Part shown: positions 47,150-59,922 of the stretch, in pieces | How positions within the stretch are numbered: the stretch's first letter is position 1 | How the letters are laid out: each line of letters opens with the position of its first letter | Origin: Eledone cirrhosa | Lineage: Eukaryota | Assembly: GCA_964016885.1 (NCBI GenBank) | Contig: OZ024742.1 | Span: 110,608,001-110,672,000, forward strand | Direction of reading: 5' to 3' | Length of the DNA stretch: 64,000 nucleotides | Made by a program: the position numbers and the translations under genes | Notes under the pieces: generated by a model | The model's input: only the letters and a program-made list of their open reading frames with translations | Told to the model about the DNA's origin: nothing | Database searches by the model: none

Positions 47150-47900
47150 TCCGGATTTTTGAAAATATTCAGATCAAAGATCTCTCCATCTACAAAGAAG
47201 AATAAAACAGCAAATCGTGTCGTTTAAAACATTGATTGTATTTATCTTCCTCTAGAATTTAGATTTGTCCCAGCATGAGTATTTCAAGCATGGTGGACAG
47301 CGGCATTTTGAAAGTCACGCGGCAAATCTGGCATAACGCAATGCCCTGAACAGGGCCCAAACTAGTGATCTCTAAATGAAATTGTCGCTAAACTATTGAT
47401 TATCCTACGCTCTATATTCCCCCCAAAGTGAAGAGCTGTAAAATAAGATTTGTTCATGGGAAACCAGCATTTGTCCATACATGCATATGTTAACTGACCA
47501 TTCCTTTGCTGTTGTCTAAGAGAAACGTAAGGGCCGACGAAGTCCATCTTTATTTCTCGGACAACAAAGAACGTAAAATGTGCCTCAAAATGGGGTGAAA
47601 TGAGGCAAAATGAGGAGGTTTTACATAATGGAAGTTTTACCCATTTTCACAAGAGAAGACATTTCTCAACCACCCCAAAGTGGATGGGACAGTTGACAGG
47701 TCTGCTAATAAATATAGTCCTTCTCTGTTAGCGTACACACAGAGAGCTGGTGAAATTATTGGTGAGACACTTTTATCAAAAGAGAGCGATATGAGGGAAC
47801 AACCTCGGTATATGACAGATATTTTATCGGCGCCGAAATAAGGTAATCTCACCGAGAAGAGGAATCAGAGCCCAGACTGCCAGATCATATAGAACAAGAT
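47150..47900 (-). mobile_element. Decayed Ty3/Gypsy integrase-region fragment
   Basis: RLPYFGADKISVIYRGC (pre-integrase PYF...LSV..GC-like) followed by the MDFVGP core-start motif; many stops. Confidence 0.45.
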
Positions 47901-48064
47901 ATTCTATTCGAAGCTCGAACGAACCTGCCAACGGCCTTAGTGGAATAGCATCTCTTACTTCACTAATGTAAATAAGATGAATATATACATTCATATTACA
48001 CAAATCTATATAATACACACACGCACAATCACACTCACACACATACATATATGTATATATATAT

Positions 48065-49075
48065 ATATATAGTGGTAGAAAGTGGAAGGTAATATCCGTA
48101 GTGGTAGTGCACTCAGTCAATGGGACGAGTTAGGTAGAAGTGGTTACACAACAGTTAGTTCACCATAGCGAGACAATTGTTTCACCTTAGCGGATCCTCA
48201 GCTCGTAATGGACATGGTTATACGGAATAGGAAGGACAACCGTACGAACGCGCATGCGCAGAAACGATCACTTCACACAGGCAATACTAAGTTGCGTGTG
48301 AGAGGTGTAAGGGAGATAACTGTGAAAGTCCGAAAGTTTCTAGTTGACAAGAAAATTAAGATGTTGTTGTAATTCAATCCGGAGCTTTTTAGTTATGTAA
48401 GAGGTGTTTCCAGACGTGTGAACAACGTGTGAAGAATTCATTTGTCGTGTTTAGGCAATCACTATTGCGTAATCTCTTTAGAATATTTATTCGTTCATCA
48501 ATACATATTCCACACGACGGATTTCCCCTTGCGTATGGCTTGGACTTAGTGATGGCTTTCCATGAATGGAGTAGTCTATACTTGAGTCCTTGAGGGACCA
48601 TACGTGGCTCGCGAGTTTCGTGGATGAACATATGTCCGGGTACCTAAAAGTCGACTGGTGATTCAGGAAGCGTTCCTTAAATCGTCCCTCCGCCATACCC
48701 ACATAGGATTTGACCTCATGTGGTTGATTTGGTCGGTTGGAAGTGACTACAGCTTCATAAACTACAGCGAGTGTGTTGCATTGCTTTTGAAGGGGACAAG
48801 CTACGGGCTTACGGCAAGAGCACCCTGGTGGGGTGTTGCTCTTAGGGTTGTTGGTGATGTGGGCCTTCATGTTCTTAGGAGTATCATGTAGGAGTATCCT
48901 AGTCTTACTTTGTGTCGGTTAAAGATGGAGCGGTATTTATGACCTATGAGAAAGTGTCTATCTGAGAGGGCTAGACTTTTTTGCCTACCTTGTTTTAACG
49001 TTGAGTGAGAAGGGAGGAGAGAACCAGATAGTTTGTCTATTGTTACGCTTTGTTTTCTTATTGCTGTTGTTGTTA
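48065..49075 (-). mobile_element. 5'-truncated PLE (Penelope/Poseidon-type) linker plus GIY-YIG, frameshifted, with degenerate HHR at 48168-48206
   Basis: IWFSPPFSLNVKT...CSCRKPVACPLQKQC...VVYEA...YVGMAEGRFKERFLNH...LASHVWSLK...CGICIDE...CSH; HHR CGAG-CTGAGGA-TCC(gctaa)GGT-GAA-ACAATTGT-C-TCG. Confidence 0.92.
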
Positions 49076-49104
49076 GTGGAAGAGTAAGTGATAGGTTGCT
49101 TCAC

Positions 49105-49233
49105 GCAACCTTGTTGTTGTTGTTCTTGTTGTTGGTGTTGTTGTTGTTGTTGTTCTTGTTGTTGTTGTTCTTCTTCTTCTCCTCCCCTATTCCTCCCCCT
49201 CCGACTCCTCCACATCCTTCTTCTCCCCCCTCA

Positions 49234-49265
<32 letters not shown>

Positions 49266-49315
49266 CTTCTTCTTCTTCTTCTTCTTCTTCTTCTTCTTCT
49301 TCTTCTTCTTCTTCA
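49105..49315. repeat. Compound (TTG)n/(TTC)n microsatellite
   Basis: Direct reading. Confidence 0.9.
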
Positions 49316-49520
49316 CCCACTTATTCCTGAGAATGTCGTGGGAGCAGAGTCCTCAAACACACCTGGTATGATCAGCCACTTAAAAAGTAATTTCATGAGT
49401 AGGTAGTTCCATTGATCGAATTAAATGGAACACTCATCATAGGAAACGACGGAGGTCCAACAACAACAACAACAAAATTACACACACACAGGCACACACA
49501 TATATATTTGTGTGTATATG

Positions 49521-49554
<34 letters not shown>

Positions 49555-49617
49555 ATATATACACATATATAAGTATATTTATATAACTACACACACACAT
49601 ACACACTCACATATATG

Positions 49618-49700
<83 letters not shown>

Positions 49701-50385
49701 AGAGAGAGAGAGAGATTCATACATATTTAACAGCTTAAACCGATCCATTAGTATAGTTTGAGTTAATTTCTATGAACTAAATTCACTAGGTTGAAAACGT
49801 TGAGGTAAAGATCCTATCTACACACAGAACTGTCACAATGTTCAAACAGAACAAGAAAGCCACTCATATATCGGAAAGTAAACCCATCTTCAATAGAGAG
49901 CAAGAATGGTATAGCAGCAAACCTACAACCTAGCAACACATTATTATGACTCATAAAAATAAATACAAAGGAATGAACATCGATAGATATGACTCTTAAG
50001 AATATTATCGAAACGGCTTGTGGCGAGTGTCAGTTCGAGTCTCACAGGTAACACTATTTATCTCTTTCTGTTTCAACCTATTAGACTATTTTGTTTTGAA
50101 GATGTTAACCGATAGAAAGGCTTAAAATAACAGAATAGTTCGTCAGTTCGCTTTAGTATAATCGGTAGCATATCCTCCAGGCTAACGTAAGATGTGCCGA
50201 CTACCACAAATGACGCTATTTACTTCTGCCCGTTTCTAGGAGTTTATATGTTTAACTATTTTTGACTTCTTGATAGTACAAAACCTGCATTGAAGCTATT
50301 AAATTTGTGGTAACTTACATTCCAAATACATAGCTCAATCAACATTTCTGAAAATACAGTAATACACATAACATATCTATCTACG

Positions 50386-50511
<126 letters not shown>

Positions 50512-51765
50512 GTTCTCTTAAGAATAGTGGTAATAATCAAATAAATCAAATCTGATATATTATTACTTATCGACTACAGAATGACGTAAATTATGATGAA
50601 ATCCAATAGAATTTATATTCAGAACATTACAAGAAGAATTTGAAACCGTATTTATTATATTTAGAATGAATGTGGCTGATTCTGATTATAAGTTATGTGG
50701 TTGGGTATAATTAATTGATTGACAGCCTTTCGTATTTTCTTTAAGTTACTATTTTGCAGATAATATATTTCTTTCTGGTATAAGGAAAACATTGAAAAAG
50801 ACAGCATTGATGTATCTTACGGTATTAATAACTATAGCAAAGATAAGAATAATTACAACAACAATAAAGACAGAATCAGTGACAACTCCAACGACAACAT
50901 TCACAATACATGCAGCAACAAAGGTGACTTTAAAGATATTTCGGAGGACTGAGTGGTGACTTTCCATGTCGTTCGCAATATTGACCGATCTCTGGGGTGT
51001 TCGAGCCCTTAACTGCCATTTTTCTCTGCAAAAGTAGGAGGAGTTCATCCTGCTTGAAGAACGAAGCCGTGTGACAGAGTGTCTGATGTAGCGAGAATCA
51101 CTAGCTGTTCTCGGTAATGCCTTCGACATTTTGTCTGCGAGGCGCAGCTGACATATACCGCTTGGACTGAGGTCTAGAGTCTGTCGCTCCCCTTCCGGCA
51201 TTTCCCTTACCTTCCCTTTTTAATGTTATTTCATTTTATCCTTCTCCGTTCTTTTTTATATGCAAACCATGACGAATTGTAAATGTCTTACATTTATTTA
51301 AAATAAAATTATTACTAACCCATAAACTTACTTGTGTTACTATTTCCTCTATTGCTGTTGTTGATAATGATGATGATAATGATGAGGATAGTGACGATGA
51401 TGATGATGATGACAGTGATGATCGCGATGATGATGATAGAGATGATAATGTTTAATCTTTCGTATTTTCCAAACCTTTAAAACATTTCCTATAATTGGTC
51501 CAGTTCTGTTTACCAGTCATTTTTTAAAAAGCGTGGGAAGACAAAAACCACCTTTACTGAATATTTAAATAACAGTTTCAAATAAAGTAAAAGCATGAGA
51601 TAGACGATGTATTGATGTCTTTTCTATCGATATATTCATAGTTTTTACGCTAAAATAGAATCTTTCTTGGGTGCAATCATGTTGAAAAACATGTTGGTGC
51701 TTGAGATAATGATGAATACAATAATAATAGTAATAATAATAATAACAACAACAACAACAATAATA

Positions 51766-51809
<44 letters not shown>

Positions 51810-51813
<4 letters not shown>

Positions 51814-52130
51814 CAATACCAGTGGTTGTAGGCGCTCTGGGAATGATACCTAAGGGGTCTAATGATTACATATCGCAAATCCCAGGAAACCCGCGTATAG
51901 GAGAAATACAAAAGATAGTACTAATGGGAACTGCCCATATACTAAGGAAGATTCTGTCAATATAAGTACATCACAAGTCTAAACACTAAAGATGCATGTG
52001 TGAATATGTATGTTCTTTCTTGAACATGGCGGACCTTGTTGTCTCTTGAGGTCACTGGTTGTGACTTGGTGATAACTCGTATGAACATAAAGCAAGATAA
52101 ATGCAACTGTAATAATAATAATAATAATAA
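51810..52130 (+). mobile_element. 3' tip of an R4/Dong-type LINE inserted in (AAT)n
   Basis: KTIPVVVGALGMIPKG...IQKIVLMGTAHILRKILSI*; (AAT)n on both sides. Confidence 0.85.
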
Positions 52131-53136
52131 ACTAGATACACCACTTACCCCATCACCCCTCTGTATACACTAAACACATTAGCCAGATAACGGCAATTTC
52201 ACCACCACCACCACCACCAATCTCAGCATAATAATAGTAATTACTATTATTATTGTCTTAAGTTTTAACAAAATGTTTAATTCCAATATTAAGGGAATAT
52301 GTCAACACATATACGCGACTAACCCCATAGATTCACCGATCAAACACAAATACAGTTTATTCAACAAAACTCAGTAACGACAACGCCATCACTACAGTCA
52401 CCGCCACCGCCGCCCATCCATCATTACTACCACTATCCCATCACCGCCGCCACCACTCCTTCATTGCTACCACCGCTATCCCCCCATTAACTTCTGTTAA
52501 CTTACGAAAGGGGAAGATGGCGGTATCACTAGACAATATTAATAAACAAGATTAATATTTAATTTTGGATCAGGAATGTTAGAGTCGAAAAGGAGGAAAA
52601 TGACAAAATGACTAAATAACTAAAGATAATTTCACCACCAACACCACCGACACCACCACCACTACCACGATGAAAACTCTGGTTAAGTCGACCCAACCGC
52701 TATTTCTACTCCAACTTCAACACCATCACTACAGTAATACGATCACATCACCACCACCACTGCCTAATAATGATTTATCGCTACCGCCATCACCACCACC
52801 ACCACTGTCTCATTATCATTACCGCCGCTATTCTCTCCCGCTACCCCCTGCTACATCGTAGAACCCCCACTAAAAGAGGAAGGCATCAAAATATATAAAT
52901 AGACTGAATTGATGACCCGGTCAAAATCAAAAAAACAAAAATCAAAATCAAAGCAGCACAGCAACAACGAAAAGCGTAAAGAAAATAGGAATGAAGAGAA
53001 AAACAAACAGACGGACAGAGAAGGGAAGGGAAAAATAAGTCAGACATTCAAACACTACATTACAATGAAACTTATGCTTATTCATTTTTTTTTTTTTGTG
53101 CCTGTTTGTTTGTTTGTTTATTTATGTTCGTCTACA

Positions 53137-53221
53137 GCGTGATAATGCCACACAAAAATCACGTGGAGTTACGGAACCACCGGAGACGATGAATTCCCCG
53201 GTGGTTATGTAACCATACATT
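53137..53221 (+). ncRNA. Degenerate HDV-like ribozyme at the 5' end of the R4/Dong LINE
   Basis: P1 GCGTGAT/ATCACGT (G-U first pair), then GG, P4 GTTAC..AACCACCGG/CCGGTGGTT..GTAAC, J4/2 CATA, P2 AATG/CATT; 5' strand of P3 apparently missing. Confidence 0.5.
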
Positions 53222-56200
53222 CGCCAATCCTCGATAAGAGTGTTTAAATGTCGAACCTAAACAGTTCGAATAACGGTGAAATGGAGACTAGAATGTCATG
53301 TGACAGACTCTCACCCAACAGGTGCTCCCTGGCTCAGCAGCAGGGACCTGGCTGTCAACCAAATACTGTTGGTGTCGGAGGAAGAAGAAGAAGGATAGGG
53401 ACCAGAACCAACTGGACAAAAGAATTGAATATAACTGTTATGCAATGTTACCTGAAGAGTAACCCCAAGGAGAAAGGCTATAGGAAACGGATGCATAACA
53501 TCTGGAACGAGATTGGTCTATTTAAATTAGATGAACAAAAATTGGCCGGGCAGGCTCGGGTAATAAGAACTAATGGGTGGATAAGCGAGCTGGAACTGGA
53601 GGAACTGAGCAGGGAGATTAGCTTGGAGATGGAAAGTGGAGTATGCCAGGCAAACAAGCCAGTGGGAAATGAAGGTGAAGAGGTCGAGAGAACGGAGGAA
53701 CCACCCGAAGCAGACAATGATCTGAATGCTGAGATAAATAATACATACCTGGAACAGAGATACGGCCACTGAGGAGATGAATGCTGATGGGCTAGGACAA
53801 GATTTGGTTGATATCCTAAACTTAGTGGTAGATGAATTGAACAATGATAGTGGGAGACCTATGAACCTAAGATTTGTAGACAGGAAAAAGTTAAAAGAAA
53901 CAACAGCTAAGGTAAACAAAGTCATCCCATACCTTGAGGCGAGGAGCCTTCACCAGTGCAACAATATCTTCAAAGCAACAGCAAATACGGTGAGGAAACT
54001 ACTTGGTATAAAAGCGAGAGGAAACAACAGACAAGAAAGAGCAGAGCCTTGGTGGAAGAAACGACTGAGTGGTCAAATCAGGGAAATGAGAAATGGCATT
54101 GGAAAGCTTGAGTCCCTACTGAATGGGACACTAAAAAACATAGACACTAAAAATAGACTGGAAATAAAGTACAAAACTAGGAGGAAAAAGCTAAATATGA
54201 TCATAGAGGAACTGAAGCAACGCATTGTAGCAAAGAGTGCAAAAATCAGGCGATACGAGAACAGAGTCAGCCAGTATAGACAGAACCGCATGTTCGACGA
54301 CAACCAGAAGATGCTGTTTGGACAGCTTGAAGGGAAAGAAAGAGGCAACGACTTGATCACTGAGGCGGAACAAACTAAAATATTCTGGAGAGGAATATGG
54401 GAGCAGGATGTTAAACATAATGACCAGGCAGTGTGGATTGAGACAGTGCAGAAGGAGATTAGTGAACAGGCACACCAACAAACTGATTTGAGTATCACAG
54501 TTGAAACTCTTAAGGGGCAGGCCAAAAAACTAACCAACTGGAAATCACCAGGTCCAGATGGTGTGCAGGGGTATTGGATTAAAAATATAATATCCCTCCA
54601 CCCGAAACTGACAACCATGTTCAATGACTGCTTGATGTCAGGTGAGGTACCAGAGTGGTTGACAAAAGGTACCACAGTTCTGATAATGAAAGACCGAATC
54701 AAGGGTAATGATGTTACCAACTATAGACCTATCACATGTCTGTCCGTAATGTGGAAACTGTTGACAAGCATTATGTCTGAGGAAATCTACCATCACCTCC
54801 ACACAAACAACTTGTTACCGTACGAACAGAAAGGATGCCGAAAGAAGTCACGTGGTGCAAAAGACCAGTTACTTATTGATAAGATGGTAATGAGGAATTG
54901 CAAGAGGAGACACACTGGTCTTGCCATGGGATGGATAGACTACAAAAAGGCATTTGACATGGTGCCTCATTCTTGGATCACCAAAAGCCTGGAGATCTTC
55001 AAGGTGGCAGATAACATCAGACAGTTGTTGGGCAAAAGTATGAAGTCCTGGGAAACAGAGTTAACATCAACTGGAGAATCCTTGGGAAGCGTGAAGATCA
55101 AGAGAGGTATCTTCCAGGGAGAGAGTCTATCCCCTCTGTTGTTTGTCCTTGCCCTGATGCCCCTGACCAGTGTACTGCGAAAAGTGAGAGCAGGATACAG
55201 GTTGGGAAAGGGAGGGCTTACCATCAATCACCTCCTCTTCATGGACGATCTTAAGCTCTTCGGGAAGAGTGAGAAGGAGTTGGATGTGCTTGTTGACACT
55301 GTCCGTATTTTCACCAATGAGATATGTATGCAATTTGGTATTAGTAAGTGTGGAGTCATTGTGATGAAGAGGGGTACGTTGAGCAGAAGTAACGGAATGA
55401 GGTACCAACGGGTGAGATGATAAAGGAAATTGACTCTGAAGAAGGATACAAGTATTTGGGCGTTCTGGAGGCTGATGACATCAAGAACAAAAATATGAAG
55501 GAATTGATAAGATATGAATACATTCGGAAAATAAGGAGCGTATTAAAGTCACATCTGAACAGTAGGAATGCCATAAGTGCAGTAAATTCCCGAGCTGTGT
55601 CTATTATTAGGTACAGTGCGGGAATTCTGAGATGGAATGTTGCTGAACAGAAAGAAATGGATAGGAAGACTAGGAAGCTATTGACTATCTACAACATGTT
55701 CCACAAGAGGAGTGATGTCGATAGACTCTACTTAAGGACATCTGAGGGTGGAAGAGGTCTTATCAGCATAGAGGACTGTGTTCAGATGGAGAAAAACAAC
55801 CTACACAAATACGTGACTGATAGTAAGGAGCCAATGCTCAGAACTGTACTGAAGGAGGGGACAATAGGCCAGGGTGTGTCCAAGGAGGAAATAACATCAA
55901 GGAGAAAGAGCAGCCTTCAGGAAAAATCCCTTCATAGTACCTTCTTTGAGAAAACTGAATTTAGAGATTCACAGACATGGAACTGGTTGAAAAGAGGAGA
56001 CCTTAAAAAGGCTACAGAAGGAATGTTAACGGCTGCGCAGGAGCAGGCCCTTAAAACGAAGTGGTTGAAACACCAGAGGAGACTGTGTCTAACATTGTAT
56101 CCGAGTGTAAACACCTAGCCCAGACTCACTATAAGGCCTGGAGACATGATGTGATGGGCAGGGTGATCCACTGGCACCTATGCAAAGTAAACAATTTACC

Positions 56201-56700
56201 ACATTCTGAGAAGTGGTATGAGCATAAGCCAGAGGCGGTGATAGAACACGATCAGGTGAGGGTGCTGTGGGATTTTAGGATACAGACGGACAAGAAACTG
56301 GAACACAAGAGACCTAACCTGGTGGTTGTGGACAAATAAAAAGATCATGCCTGATTGTGGATGTGGCCAGCCCATTCGACACGAGAGTGCAATGGAAGGA
56401 GAGGGAGAAAATTAACCGATACCAGGACTTAAAGTGGGAGGTAAAAAGGATTTGGAACTGCCATGAAGTCAAAGTGATCCCGATTGTCATAGGCGCACTA
56501 GGGACTATCTCAAAAAGTTTCCAGGGATGGTTAAAGAAAATTGGCCACTTCACGCTTTTTGGAACGCTTCAAAAAGCATGCTTGCTGGGAACAGCAAGAA
56601 CCCTCCGATAGGTCCTGAATATCTGAGGGTGCAGGTAGTGGCTTGATATTCATTTCAACAAACTTTCCAGTTAACTAACATCAATGACTGAGACTCAAAG
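53137..56700 (+). mobile_element. Near full-length R4/Dong-clade non-LTR retrotransposon (RT plus restriction-like endonuclease), inactivated
   Basis: ORF pieces 53248-56626: NWKSPGPDG, NYRPITCL, WIDYKKAFDMVPH, RGIFQGESLSPLLF, HLLFMDDLKL, YKYLG, RHD, RPNLVVVDK..DVASP..EK..Y, IPIVIGALG; about four frameshifts, nonsense TAG at 56609, zinc-knuckle CxxC missing. Confidence 0.95.
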
Positions 56701-57100
56701 AGTGGTTTTGGACAAGGAAAAAAGATCGTGCCTGATTGTAGATGTAGCCTGCCCATTTGAAACGAGAGTGCAATAAAAGGAGAGGGAGTAAATTAACCGA
56801 TACCAGGACTTAAAGTGGGAGGTAAAAAGGATTTGGAACTGCCATGAAGTCAGAGTCGTCCCGATTGTCATAGGCGCACTAGGTACTATCTTAAAGAGTT
56901 TCCAAGGATGGTTAAAGAAAGTTAGTCCAGCCTCGCTTTTTGGAACACTTCAAAAGGCATTCTTGATGGGAACAGCAAGAACCCTCCGATACGTTCTGAA
57001 TATCTGAGGCTGGAGGTAGCGGCTTGATATTCATTTCAACAAACTTTCCAGTCAAATAACATCAATGATTGAGACTCAAAGAACAACAATAATAATAATA
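56701..57100 (+). mobile_element. Second, 5'-truncated copy of the same LINE 3' end in tandem, ending in (AAT)n
   Basis: Repeats about 56321-56700 with scattered substitutions; has TAC where the first copy has TAG. Confidence 0.9.
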
Positions 57101-57211
57101 TGTACACAAACACACACACACATATATATATATATGCATACATAAATATATATGTATACAAATATATATATATATGTATATATAAATATATATGTATAAA
57201 TATATATGTAT

Positions 57212-57242
<31 letters not shown>

Positions 57243-57244
<2 letters not shown>

Positions 57245-59257
57245 ACGAAGGAAATGTGGTAAGGAACCAGGTGGACCATAACGCACCAAAGTACTCAATA
57301 CTTGGGGTAGTAGAGTGGGTAATAGGAACCAGTAAGACCCCGACAGCTGAGCTTAGGCCGTTTCGACGGCTAATTCTGGACTAAATGAAAATTTATCCTG
57401 GTATTTAAATAGCCGATCTTCTCAAGGGGTAATTCCATATATGGTCAAAGTGATTGTCAAAAATCAGTAGTAATTCTGTGATTGCAAATTAGTAGGGGAG
57501 ATGGTGGCTAAACCTGCCAGTAGGAGAAAGAGGTGAGGGGGTGGAGTAGACCCAATCAAGCGTTGGTAGTGCCAGCTACAGCTGGGTATGAGGTCAAAGA
57601 AGATACTGGGGAGGGGGACGGGGAGGAAGTCGGAACGGTAGGTAGAACAATGGGGGGTAAAAATATATATGAAAGAAAAAATACTGAGAGTGAAGAAAAG
57701 CGAATAAGTGTAAAGAAAAAAGTAAAGCAAGTTCTACGAACTAGGTCTCTAGCTATTGTTAGGCTAGAATAAATAAATAAATAAAGAAAGAAAGAAGTAA
57801 AGAAATAAATAAAGAAATAACGAAATAAGTAAAAGAACTAGGTGGGACGGATTAGGCAAGGACCCTTTTAAGAGGTATAAGTACGTAAATGATACGGTGA
57901 CGGGTCAACAAAAGGGGCCAAAATACTAAAGAGACTACCACGAAATAAATAATAAAGGTTTCTATCCCGGGCACAATGCCAGCAACCACCCAGTGCAGCA
58001 AAGTGAACTAGTACGAGATAATAATTCTGAGTCCCGAAAAAAATATATACTAATGCTAACTCTAAAAGATCTAAAACAAGCTACATGAAAGTTCGTACGA
58101 AGTAAAGGTAGAATACGGAAAAATAAATTCAGAATCCACCCCGCCCAAAAGAAAAGCGAAGAAAGAAATACTGAAACGAAAAAATAAGGCATAAGTGCCA
58201 CTAAGAAATATAGAAGGCACTAAGAAATATAGAATAGTGGGAGCGGTCGGAAAAAGGGGGCAAGTATCCGGGGTCTAAACCAACTGCTATAAAAGGCGGA
58301 GTCCGCCAAATCTATCATAGACTAGGGGAGGGGGTGGGGGTACTAAGGCTACAAGGGGCCAAAGGGCAGCCTCGGGTGGGCGAGAAAAGACGCCGACAAA
58401 GGAGAAGAGCTGGGGTAGAAGGACTAAGGAGAGATGGGGGGAAGGAAATAGAGGAAGCGATAAAAGAATAAAAAGAAGATCTTACGTCTCCCTTGGCAAG
58501 CAGGAGTTACCCATTGCAAAATCGGCAAGTGGGGTGTTATAGCCCTAGTCTACCCCCCCCCGGGTCATTATGGGGTTTGAGGGCGAGGTAAGTCCTACGC
58601 AATCTATGTTTACATGCAGTAACCAGTTCATCTTTCTTGTTTAGGAGTTGGTCCGTCGAAAACAGCATTTGTAAAGTTTCCTCCGAGCATAAATTGCACG
58701 GACGGCGTCCTCCCGTGTAAGAATTGGCTCTGGACAGTAATCTCCAAGTGAGATCATAGGTGATGTTGTTGTCCTTGAGGTCCCATATGTGGCCCGAAAG
58801 TGTAGTGGCGCGACACAGCCCTCTATTTATTCTAGCCTAACAATAGCTAGAGACCTAGTTCGTAGAACTTGCTTTACTTTTTTCTTTACACTTATTCGCT
58901 TTTCTTCACTCTCAGTATTTTTTCTTTCATATATATTTTTACCCCCCATTGTTCTACCTACCGTTCCGACTTCCTCCCCCTCCCCCTCCCCAGTATCTTC
59001 TTTGACCTCATACCCAGCTGTAGCTGGCACTACCAACGCTTGATTGGGTCTACTCCACCCCCTCCCCTCTTTCTCCTACTGGCAGGTTTAGCCACCATCT
59101 CCCCTACTAATTTGCAATCACAGAATTACTACTGATTTTTGACAATCACTTTGACCATATATGGAATCACCCCTTGAGCAGATCGGCTATTTAAATACCA
59201 GGATAAATTTTCATTTAGTCCAGAATTAGCCGTCGAAACGGCTTGAGCTCAGCTGTC
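57243..59257 (-). mobile_element. 5'-truncated PLE with GIY-YIG C-terminus (about 58820-58590), 3' UTR, HHR, and inverted pLTR (58824-59257 versus 57342-57775)
   Basis: ATTLSGHIWDLKDNNITYDLTWRLLSRANSYTGGRRPCNLCSEE...LLNKKDELVTACKHR; near-identical inverted arms of about 434 bp; (TA)n flanks. Confidence 0.93.
57337..57430 (-). ncRNA. Type I hammerhead ribozyme, U3-A8 core variant
   Basis: ACCCC-TTGAGAA-GATCGGCTA...TAGCCGTC-GAAA-CGGC...GCTG-TC-GGGGT. Confidence 0.75.
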
Positions 59258-59258
59258 C

Positions 59259-59290
<32 letters not shown>

Positions 59291-59303
59291 TATATACATA
59301 AAT

Positions 59304-59350
<47 letters not shown>

Positions 59351-59431
59351 AGGTGAGTTTTATTGTAGTACAATAAAGCAATGCAGATATCGGATAAGAA
59401 GCACTCTAGAGTTTGTAGGACTGGAGTATGC

Positions 59432-59768
59432 ATAATATAAGATCAAAAGATGGTTAAAGGAGTTCCATGTATTTTATTATGCGCATTTCAAAAACAAACA
59501 TCATCATGCAATAATATTTGTGTTTTCATCAGATAAAACAGGAGAACATGATATGAAGGCTAAAAAACACTTGTGGATAGTGCAGTTTTAAATCTACATA
59601 TATCTACATTGTAGATTTAAAACTGCACTATCCACAAGTGTTTTTTAGCCTTCATATCATGTTCTCCTGTTTTATCTGATGAAAACACAAATATTATTGC
59701 ATGATGATGTTTGTTTTTGAAATGTGCATAATAAAATACATGGAACTCCTTTAACCATCTTTTGATCT

Positions 59769-59776
<8 letters not shown>
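59432..59776. repeat. Foldback palindrome (about 165 bp arms) with a canonical HHR in each arm (minus 59472-59538, plus 59670-59736)
   Basis: TTTTAT-CTGATGA-AAACACAAATATTATT...ATGATGTTTGTTTTT-GAA-ATG(T/C)GCAT-A-ATAAAA. Confidence 0.92.
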
Positions 59777-59860
<84 letters not shown>

Positions 59861-59863
59861 ATT

Positions 59864-59917
<54 letters not shown>

Positions 59918-59922
<5 letters not shown>

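Noticed and set aside
50749-51201. 150-aa minus-strand ORF
   Set aside because: No recognisable domain or splice signals; the C-terminal half is low-complexity
54073-55408. Minus-strand ORFs within the LINE
   Set aside because: Antisense shadows of the RT ORF
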